Virus record (IMG/VR): IMGVR_UViG_3300049491_000955
Location: 18,082 to 82,081 of that record
DNA length: 64,000 bases
Source: a virus
Direction: 5' to 3' (one strand)
A model generated the notes under the pieces. That model was not told where the DNA came from. It was given only the letters and a program-made list of their open reading frames with translations, and searched no databases. The position numbers were made by a program, and so were the translations under genes. Shown one piece after another: positions 18,714 through 28,200 of the stretch (positions are counted from its first letter, which is position 1; every line of letters begins with the position of its first letter).

Positions 18714-18806
18714 TTTAATTTAACAAAAAAACAATGAACTTTAAATCAAAATCCTTGTGCAAATGCACAAGGATTTTTTAGCATTAATACAATTTTGCAA
18801 AATAAA

Positions 18807-19049
18807 TTAAAGAATAGCGATCGCAGTAGCCAGTTTGCTGATAATCAGAGCTAATTCTGGCTTTAAACTTTGAATTTCTGATGGTGTAGCGCGAGTTAGC
18901 TTGTTCAGCGCTTGATGAATATCTGTATGAGATGTTTTGAGAATGTTCAACACAATTATTCTTGATTGTTCCATGTTCCGATAGGTGTGTTGCGAGTAGT
19001 AATATTGTAACAAAGATGATACTATAAAGAGAGTTTTAAATAAAAACAT
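18807..19049 (-). CDS. hypothetical protein (start 18974 or 19049)
   Basis: Helical ORF MEQSRIIVLNILKTSHTDIHQALNKL... Confidence 0.4.
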   Translation of the reverse strand: MFLFKTLFIVSSLLQYYYSQHTYRNMEQSRIIVLNILKTSHTDIHQALNKLTRATPSEIQSLKPELALIISKLATAIAIL

Positions 19050-19839
19050 GTTGACACTGATTGAATTCTTGCCATTAAAAAGAACATTATTAGATATTTG
19101 TTTAAACAATCAGCCTTACGAAGCGTGTGGATTTCTTATTTGGCAATCTTCAAAGTTGACTATTTTCCCTTGTCAAAATGTGCACCCGGATCCTCTAAAT
19201 CATTTTGAAATATCTGTAAACTCTTATGCTGCGGCTGCTAAGAAAGGTCAGATAGCTGCTATTTATCATAGTCATACTTACTCCTCAATTCAGAACGGTA
19301 AATTAGACTTTAGCCAAGTTGACCGCGCTGTTTGCGAAGCTTCTGGATTACCTTGGATTCTTCTGTCCTTACCTCAAGAAGAAGTTAAGATACTTTATCC
19401 TATTGGCTATATTCCTCCCTACATTGACCGTCCTTTCTCTTATGGCTTGTTGGACTGCTATGCTTTGGTCAGGGATGTCTATAAGCAAGATTTGAATATT
19501 CTGCTTAATGATTACCCTAGGGGAAAGGAAGGGGAGTGGAATGACAATCCTAGCTGGAATTTCTTTGTAGAGAATTTTGCTAAAGAAGGATTTGTTGAGT
19601 GCGATCGCCGTGCTCCTTTGCAAAAATATGATATTCTACTCATGCAAATTGGATCGGCGAAATTGAATCACGCGGCAATTGTTTGGGAGCCAGAACGCAA
19701 TATAGTTTTACATCATTTAGCTGGAAGATTTAGCGGTTATACAGTATTCGGTGGTAGCAGCTATCGCACAGGTAAACTGTTACGCCACAAAAGCAAATTC
19801 ACCAAAATTGTTAGCAGTCGTTTGGAGTACGCAAAATAA
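19048..19839 (+). CDS. tail tip assembly protein K (JAB + NlpC/P60)
   Basis: PYEACG...YHSH...FS..D; DCYALVRD.Y; NHAAI; LHH. Confidence 0.92.
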   Translation: MLTLIEFLPLKRTLLDICLNNQPYEACGFLIWQSSKLTIFPCQNVHPDPLNHFEISVNSYAAAAKKGQIAAIYHSHTYSSIQNGKLDFSQVDRAVCEASGLPWILLSLPQEEVKILYPIGYIPPYIDRPFSYGLLDCYALVRDVYKQDLNILLNDYPRGKEGEWNDNPSWNFFVENFAKEGFVECDRRAPLQKYDILLMQIGSAKLNHAAIVWEPERNIVLHHLAGRFSGYTVFGGSSYRTGKLLRHKSKFTKIVSSRLEYAK

Positions 19840-19908
19840 TTTTTCACAACGGTGACATCTCCTACACTCCGCTTAAGTGATAAAAGTGATCGCCTGTAAT
19901 AGTTAAGA

Positions 19909-19938
19909 AAAAGCCAGCCAGTGAACTGGCTGGCTTTT
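19909..19938. terminator. bidirectional terminator
   Basis: aaaagccagcca-gtgaac-tggctggctttt. Confidence 0.8.
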
Positions 19939-19941
19939 ATT

Positions 19942-20658
19942 TTATCTATAAAATTCTATAGCTTCTGCAATTGCCAATTTTGGCTCCAAACCTCTATCAG
20001 TCAGTCGCATAGCGTAATCCTCAATTCTATCTATCAACCTCAGGTTGGCTTCGTCGTGAGTGTCGCGCAACGTTTCTTTGGTACATCCTCGTTCTTCGCA
20101 AAGTTGTTTAGCTTTCTTGCCAAATAACGCCAGATTCAAGGTATCAGAAACATTGATGTAGATCCATTGGCGGTAGTTATCAGATACTTCGTGAGTATTT
20201 ACGTAGTCAGCGATCGCTTGCGTCCACGTCCTTCTAGATACTTTTCCGGCTATCCTGGACTTAAACCTTTCGTTTCTTTCTGCTTCAGTCCTAACCTTGC
20301 CAAACACAATATCAGCACGGCGCTCAATGGCTTCTGTGGCTGATGCAACTAACAAAGCAATTGCTTTTAGATTTCCTTTGGCAGCCAAAGCTCCCCAAAT
20401 GGCAGATGCCTGCTCAATAGTTAAAGGTTTAATTTTACTTATACCCTTAAAATGAATCGGCGGCTTAAGACTTTCCATGCACGGTAAGCTGTCTAGCTTT
20501 TCTGACCGAAGAAAGCGCGGATAGTTTTTATTTATGACATCAACAGCTTCAAAGACTTGATCTTGCGAAAGAATATAACTTCCATCCTCTAGCTGGAAGA
20601 CATCTAAGGGGATGTTACCAAGATGAATCGTGACACGAATAACGCTACCATTAGACAT
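19942..20658 (-). CDS. antirepressor-like DNA-binding protein with shared C-terminal domain
   Basis: N-terminal LDVFQLEDGSYILS; C-terminal SR..GK..RRTWT...LFGKKAKQLCEER shared with 46730, 47640, 55392. Confidence 0.75.
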   Translation of the reverse strand: MSNGSVIRVTIHLGNIPLDVFQLEDGSYILSQDQVFEAVDVINKNYPRFLRSEKLDSLPCMESLKPPIHFKGISKIKPLTIEQASAIWGALAAKGNLKAIALLVASATEAIERRADIVFGKVRTEAERNERFKSRIAGKVSRRTWTQAIADYVNTHEVSDNYRQWIYINVSDTLNLALFGKKAKQLCEERGCTKETLRDTHDEANLRLIDRIEDYAMRLTDRGLEPKLAIAEAIEFYR

Positions 20659-20740
20659 AGCTTGCCTCTTGATCAGGTAAGTCCCAGTGGAATCTTAAGA
20701 CTAGGAAGTATTAGTAGTACTTCTTAGTCTGCTGGGTATC
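20659..20740 (-). ncRNA. candidate structured 5' leader RNA (copy 1)
   Basis: GATACCCAG...hairpin...CTGGGACTTACCT..AGGCAAGC; also upstream of 46730 and 47640. Confidence 0.55.
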
Positions 20741-20768
20741 AGATAATATTAACACAAAATATACAGAG

Positions 20769-21359
20769 ATGAAAACCATCAAATTGCTAGGGAAACTTGG
20801 GCAGATATTCGGGAGAGAATGGCGCGCAGACATTCGTAATGCTTCTCAAGCAATAAAAGCGATCGCGTGTAACTGCCCCAAATTCACAGAGTATCTTTAC
20901 GCCAGCGAAGAGCAGGGTGTCAGCTACCGAGTTATCATCGATAAATCTCATCCAGAAGGGATAGACGCAACTCAGTTCGACTATCCAGTAGAAGAAGTAA
21001 TCATTATTGCGCCAGTAATTCAAGGGGCAGGAGGATTTGGTAAAATTCTTTTAGGTGGCGCGCTGATTGCGGCTGCCTTCTTTATGCCTGCTTCCCTTAG
21101 CTTCATAGGTCTGTCACTTAGTTCAACTACCGTGGGATTGCTTGGGGCAGCTTTGGTATTCTCTGGAATCTCTCAGTTAATCTCCCCGCCAAGCAAAACT
21201 CCTGCTACTTCGGCGGAGAAACAAGACTCATATTTATTCGATAGATCTGCTGGGTCTAGTGCTCAAGGGCTACCTATTCCTGTTGGATATGGGGAGAGAC
21301 TGCTGACGGACTTGATTGTGATTAGCCAGAACAACGTGGTCGAGCAAATTCCTACTTGA
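20769..21359 (+). CDS. tail assembly protein I
   Basis: I.L.G.LG..FG, IIIAPVIQGAGG, SYLF......QGLPIPVGYG. Confidence 0.92.
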   Translation: MKTIKLLGKLGQIFGREWRADIRNASQAIKAIACNCPKFTEYLYASEEQGVSYRVIIDKSHPEGIDATQFDYPVEEVIIIAPVIQGAGGFGKILLGGALIAAAFFMPASLSFIGLSLSSTTVGLLGAALVFSGISQLISPPSKTPATSAEKQDSYLFDRSAGSSAQGLPIPVGYGERLLTDLIVISQNNVVEQIPT

Positions 21360-21420
21360 TTTTATTGTATTTTGGTTTAAACCTGCTATACTAAATATAA
21401 TTAAGTAGGTTTAAACCAAA

Positions 21421-21783
21421 ATGAGTAAGGCAAAAATTGCTTTATCGCTTCGCATTGATGAACACTTGCACAATTCGTTGTCAATGTACTGTGAGCATAC
21501 AGATACAACAATGACAGAAACTATTGCTCAAGCAATTGCAGATTTTCTCAAAAAACAAGAGCAAATAGCTTTCTTAGAAGTGGATGGATTAAATGAAAAC
21601 TATTGGATTAGAATAGCTTTTAATCCTTATACTTCAGACTGCATAAATGAAGCGGTTTTGGGGTCTTCCTATGCTGGAACAGAACACCTTTTTGTTAAAA
21701 ACTTTTCAAGAGAAAAGTTATCGGAAGTTTGCGAATCTTTTAAAAACTCAGTAGATCTTGTCGAGAGATTGATAGATATTTAA
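21421..21783 (+). CDS. RHH/HicB-C-like DNA-binding protein
   Basis: ALSLRIDEHLH..L...C......MTETIAQAI; ggtttaaacc palindromes upstream. Confidence 0.65.
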   Translation: MSKAKIALSLRIDEHLHNSLSMYCEHTDTTMTETIAQAIADFLKKQEQIAFLEVDGLNENYWIRIAFNPYTSDCINEAVLGSSYAGTEHLFVKNFSREKLSEVCESFKNSVDLVERLIDI

Positions 21784-21856
21784 TAAAATAGCCCGTGTTT
21801 TACGGGCTATTTTATTCTTCGATGACTGTATTGTTGTTAGACAGAGAAAAACAAAA

Positions 21857-22165
21857 ATGTCTCAAAATTATTGGACGGAAATTGAATCAGGCTATGGTTA
21901 TGGTCACGAAGAATATAAAGGTTTCTATTTCACTGTTAATGATTTCAATGGCAAATATTATTTTGATCTTTGGGGCAACAAAGAAGACAGTTTGTTTATT
22001 AGCAAAGTAATTTTCTTGTCTAAAGCAGAAGCTCTTGAAGCAGCGCACAAAAAGATAGAAGAAAAAATAAAAGAAGAAGCGGAAGAAGAGCAAGAAAAGT
22101 TGCTTTTTAGTAATCAAATTTCTAAGATAGCTTCTTTAATAGATAAAATAAAGTTTGAATTGTAA
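21857..22165 (+). CDS. hypothetical protein (EA.EAA small-protein family)
   Basis: FLSKAEALEAAHKKI motif shared with 30894 and 55096. Confidence 0.6.
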   Translation: MSQNYWTEIESGYGYGHEEYKGFYFTVNDFNGKYYFDLWGNKEDSLFISKVIFLSKAEALEAAHKKIEEKIKEEAEEEQEKLLFSNQISKIASLIDKIKFEL

Positions 22166-22260
22166 TCAAGTGAATTTTATATTAATAATTATACAAAAAT
22201 TCTTAAAAATATTTTCAAGAATTTTTGTGTTATAATACTGCCAAATTATTATGAGTTTTT

Positions 22261-25200
22261 ATGGATTTAGGTACGTTAGAAATTAATTTTATTGGCAGCT
22301 TTCAACAATTAGATCGGGACATTGCAAGAGCAAAGACGATCGCAACTCAAGCTGCCAAAGAAATAGAGTCCAGCTTTAAGAATACAAACTTCAAAATAAC
22401 GGTTAACGATTCCGCATTATCTTCTTTAAATAAACACTTAGACTTCAAAAAAATACATTTTCAGCAAGTACAACAGTACTTCAATCAGAATCCTTTAACT
22501 GTTAAAGTTGACGATACCTCTTTAACAAAATTAAACAAAGAACTAGACATTATTACTAAACAGAGAGACGTAGTAGTAAATGTAAAAGCTAACATTAGGC
22601 AAGAAGCAGAACTAGTAGGAACAGAAGTAGGACAACAAGTAAAAAAATCTTTATCTAATTCTTTCAAAGGACTTGGAAAGGAAGTAAAAGACGCAGTTAG
22701 TTTAAACTCTGGCATTACTCTAGGTATTGGTCAGCTATTTGGATCAATGCTTGGAAGTCAAATGATTTCTGGATTGAAAAGAAATTTAGGAGTAGATGTA
22801 AAAGCTGCGATAGGAAGTATTTTTGATACTGCCGCAAAACCTTTAAAAGTCTTTGTTGTGGACAACCAAGACTTGAAAGCATCTATAAATAAAGCTGGAG
22901 TCTTATTAGAAGAACGCTTTGAGTCCGCAGGGTATAAAGTAGGGGAAGCAATTATAGCCTCTCTAGAGTCAAAAGCTAGCACGATTGAAGGCAAGTTTAA
23001 TGCCTTTACCAAAGAATTAATTGATCCAAATAAATTTCAGTCACAACTTTCAACGCTTAAAAAAGATATTGTTGACATATCTTCCGACGTAAAAGGATCT
23101 CTTTTTAACAAGCAAGCTTCTCAAGAATTCTTTGGTGGATTAGGCGAAAAGATTTCAAGCAGACGAGAGAAAGGATTACAGACTCGTGCTGTTCCACTTG
23201 TTAGAGAAAGAGCTTTACAAATTTTAGAAGAAAATAAAGCAAGAAATAGTGCCAATGCTGTTACTTCTGAGACAGAGCAAATTTATATTGCTACTGGCGG
23301 CTATGCGGGAGCAAGAGGACTAAGTGGAAAGAGACTAGCTGGAGACTTGAAGAAACAAATCAGTGCAAATGATTTAGCAATTTGGGTAAAAAATGACGAT
23401 ACAGATTTACCTAAAGAAGCTATGTCAAAAGCAAAAGAGAAGGCGATCGCTTTAATGACATCTATGGCAAAGCCACATTTGCGTGGTTATTCAAAAGATG
23501 CTATAGAAATGGCTGCTCAAGCGATGGCTGCATTGGAGAAAAACCCCAATGTTAAAGTAAAATTTTTAGGAGAAAGTGGAGGAGGCTTTGCAGCAGAAGA
23601 AGCCGAAAAGATTGTAAGTTTGATGGGATATGGACAGAAAGCTGATTATCTTGGTGTAGGAACTCCTCAATTTATTGGTGGACTGGATTCAAGAAATAGA
23701 AAGATTATTTCTCCCGATGAAACACTTGGCGCAGAAACTCATAAAATGTATGCCAAGCTAGGATTAGCTAATGTCTCTAGTTCTCAACAAAACATACTCG
23801 GCGTTTTTGGACATCCTTACGAAAATTACAAAGAAGCTGGAATAGCTGAGTTACAAAACTTCATTCAAGGAATGCCAAAGCGCTTTACAAGCGAAGATAT
23901 TTCTGGAGCCAAAGGAGCGGCACAAGCTTTTAAAGCGCATGATTTGAAGAAGCTTGACTCTAAGCAATTAGAGAAGTTCTCAGAACAAGCTTTTGCTAAT
24001 TTACAAATGATTCGTAGACAAATTCTTGTTGCAACAACAGAGACGAGACAAGAACTTGAAGAAATAGCAAAAGATTTTGAGGATGTTTACGTTGCTTCTG
24101 CGCCTGAAAGCAGGGAATTTACACAAGCAAGAGAAACGATCGCTAAAGCTCAAAATATTTATAAGCATTTAGTACCTCAAGCTGGACTCGCCGCAGCTAA
24201 GGTAGGACAAGAACTTGCAAAAGAATTAGAATCTCATCAAAAAGAATTTGCTAAAGTTGGTGGACAATACAGCGGTACTTATGGAAGAAAATATCAAAGC
24301 ATTAACTCTGAGATGAGTGACTTGATTGCAAAGCTTCAAGCTACTGAATTGGGAGTTAAAAAAGCAGAAGTAAAAATTCCTTTAACTATTCCGAATGTTC
24401 CTGAGAAAGCTTTTGTTGAACAATCAGCAAAGCAAGTTAGTCAAGCCGTTGCAGAAACAGCAAAGCAAGTTATAGAGAATACTAAAAAAGAGATAGTAAA
24501 AGCTCAGCAGACTTCACCAAACACAGACAAAATAAAAACTCAAATAGCTGCTATTCAAGAAGCAATTAAAAAATCTCAAGGTTATTTGGCAGGAACTCCT
24601 GAACTTTCTTCTGCTTATATTGACACAATCTTAAAAGTAGTTCCTGAGATTCAGAAACAATTAAATGAAGCAATTCAAAGCTTGCCAACAGAAGAAAGAA
24701 TGTCTTCTGAGCTAGGAGTGCAATTAGCCAACCTAAAATCTCAGATTCCTTCTATGCAGAAGCGAGTTGCAGAGATAGTTAAAAACCTAAACAAAGATAT
24801 TACTCGTGTTGCTAGTGGAGAACCTAAAGATTCAATTAAGTCTTTAGGAAATGTTTTCACCGAACAATTAAGAACAGCAAAACAGTTTGGACAAGGATCT
24901 ACTCAGGGCGATGCTTTAGCTAAGGATGTTCTTGCTGCAACAGAAAAAGCTCGTCAGTCTATAAGTGATCTACTCGTCTCTTTTGGGCAAGATGTTCCTG
25001 AAGTTATCAAAAAAGCAGCCAAAATTGCTAGACAGCAAATAACAACATCAGAAAAAGGCGCAAAAACTTTTCTTGGTGAAGCTAAAACAGCCGGACTCGA
25101 TACAGGTGCTGGTTTTAATGAAGGATTAAAGCAATCCATTGCTAATGTTCAGAAATCTGCTCAAGCTATGGCACAAATTGCTATAGATGTGACAGAAGAA

Positions 25201-28200
25201 ACCTTAGAAATTCAATCGCCTTCAAAAGTGTTTGAAAGAATAGGTCGTTTTGTCGGACAAGGTTTTAAGCAAGGTTTAGATACAATAGGACAAATCAATT
25301 TTAAGCAACTCTTTCAAGATTTAATCGATTCTCCTGCTGATTCAATAGATAAATTACTTGGAAATTTCTCTAAACTTTCTGGCGCGGCGAAAGCAATCGC
25401 TGTTGCTTTTGCAGGATTTACTGTTTTTCAGCTTTTTGGATCTCAATTAATAGATTTTGGTAGATCAACTAGTCAGGTTGCAAGTAATCTAGAAAATCTA
25501 GAACGACGCATTAAATTTGTTTCTAACAGCAGCGCAGACGCCAATAAAAACTTAGAATTCTTCCGTGGTAATGCCAAACGCTTAGGCTCTGATATCTCTA
25601 CATCCTTGACTCAAGGTGGAGCCTTTGCCGCAGTAACCCGTGGAAGCTCTTTAGAGGGCGATCCAACCAGAAGAATAGTAGGAGCCGTTCAACAAGCTTC
25701 TACTGTCTTGGGAGCAACCCCAGAGCAACAAGAACGCGGTTTGTTAGCACTTCAACAAATGGCAGGAAAAACAATCGTATCTCAAGAAGAGTTACGACAG
25801 CAATTAAGTGAGGCTATTCCTGGTGCAGCGCAAGTGGCGGCAAGGGCTTACGGGTTGACTACCCAAGAAATGAATCAACTGATAGAGAAGGGTCAGATTC
25901 TTGCAGAAGATTTTCTGCCAAGACTAGCACAACAATTATCAATCGAGACTTCTGCTGGCTTGCCCGGCGCGCTCAAAACTTCCGTTTATGCAATGGGTCG
26001 CTTTAAGAATGCAACATTAGAAGCTCAAGAATCAATTGGCAAATTAGCTTTACCATTGCAAACATTCTCTTTAAATGTTTTGAGTGGCGGAATTGAAAAA
26101 CTTACGGGTATGCTACCTCTACTGATAAACGGTTTTCAGTTCTTTATTCTGCTCATTACAAAACCTTTTTGGTTCCCAATTATTCAAGGCTTATTCTCAA
26201 TACAAGCAAATACATTACTTACAGGAATATCTTTCAAAACATTGGGAGCAAGTATTGCAACTTTCTCTGCTACCGCTCTTACTGCATTGGCTCCTTTGTT
26301 ACTTCAGTTCTTAGCTTTTGAAGCAGTTATCTTGATATTTTCTGCGCTAAAAGAACAGTATCAAGACTTCGCTTCAAGCATTAGAGATAATACTAAGCAG
26401 ATTAATCAATCTATTGATGAGCTAAACAAATCTTTAAACAAAGTTGGGACAGGAGCCGCTAAGCCTCTTGCTGGGAATACTGAAGAACTTAGGCAGCGAT
26501 TAGCTTACGAGTATAACGATAAAATCCAGAAAAATCCTTTCTCGGTTTTCTCAACTACTCGTGTACCTGTTCAGATAAAAGAACTTGAAGATTATTTGTC
26601 AGCTTCCAAAGAACTGTTAGCAACCTCTCAAAGATTAAAGAAAGAATCAGAGTCATCTACGTCAACAAAAGCTATCAGTGATCTAAAACTTTTGGATGCA
26701 GAATATCAACGTGTCCAAAATAGACGCAGAGGATTAGAGGTCAACAATCCTGGTGATGCCAAAGGGCGGGAAGCTTTAATAGCGCAAGAACAAGACTTGC
26801 TTAGAAAACGCGAAGAAGCAAACAGGACTCCAACAACTTATCAAACGGCTTATGCTACTCAGGCAAAAACAATCAAAGATTTGATTGAGCTTATGGAGGA
26901 GCAGAAGAAAAAAGGTGTTGTTACCGCAGAGAGCGAAATTCAATTACAGAAACTTAAGAAAGGCTTGGTTGAAGTAACAGAAAAACAAGAGTATTTTGCA
27001 AAATCTACCCGTTCATCTCAAAGCAGTCTGCTTGAATTTGAGCGCAGTTTTGCAAGACTAGATGCTTCCTTGGAGGGAACAAAGTCTAGGCTTGAATCTC
27101 TATCCAATATATCAAAAGTTACTTTGCAGTCTCAGGAAGCTTCTGGGGCAATCACGCCTGGGCAAAATGCGTTCACTGACTCGCTAAAACAACAAGAGCA
27201 GATATCTAAACAAGTTGCTGCAAACATCTCTGTTATCCGTCAGAAATACGCAGAGTTGAACAACCAAAATGCGTTGCAAGTATTAAATGACTTAGGTATT
27301 GACAAAAACTCAACTTCTGCCGAACTTAAAGGAAGAGCGGAAGAAAATCAAGCCAATCCCCAAGTCAAATCAGTCCTCGAAAAACTTGCACAAGTTAGGG
27401 ATTTAGAAGCCGAAACATATAGGCTAAATGCTCAACAAGCAGAACAACAAAACAATCTTGTTAAGCAAATATACGATTCAAATAAAGCCGTCTTAGAATA
27501 CTATCAATCAATTCAAAGGCAGACTCAAGAGTTAAGTATTGCAGCCCAAGAAGCAGCCCAGACAATTAAATTAACTAATGTTAAGTCTAAATTAAAAGCA
27601 GCAATTTCGGGCACTCAAGATAATTTTGTTAACCAATTTGTTGACTCTATCGTTCAGATAACTGAATCTTTGGGACAGATTGCTAATGAAGAAATCCAAG
27701 CTAAACGCCAAATCTTACAAAATGAAAACGCTTACAAAGACATCATTAAACAAGGCGTTGACCTAAATCGAAATCTTCCAGGACTAGCGCCGGGTGCAAC
27801 AGTTGGTAGCTACACTGGAGGCTACAATCAATCTCTAGTCTTTCCAATAGGAGGAAGAAATAATTCTACTATTAGTAGCGGTTATGGCGATCGCGTTCAT
27901 CCGATAAGCGGCAAACACAAGTTTCATGATGGTGTAGATTATCCCGCGCCAATTGGCACGTCTGTTGTTAGTCCAATGGCAGGTGTTGTTGTTGGGGTCA
28001 AATATGAAGCTCGTGGCGGAGGTAAATATGTAGTTATTGAATCGCTGGATTCCAAAGGGCAGAAAGTAGAGCATACTTTTATGCACTTAGATCAGCAGAT
28101 GGTGAAAGAAGGACAACAAGTAGCCGCTGGGCAACAAGTAGGAACTGTCGGCAATACTGGCGGTTCAACTGGTCCACACTTGCATTACAGAACTAGAATC

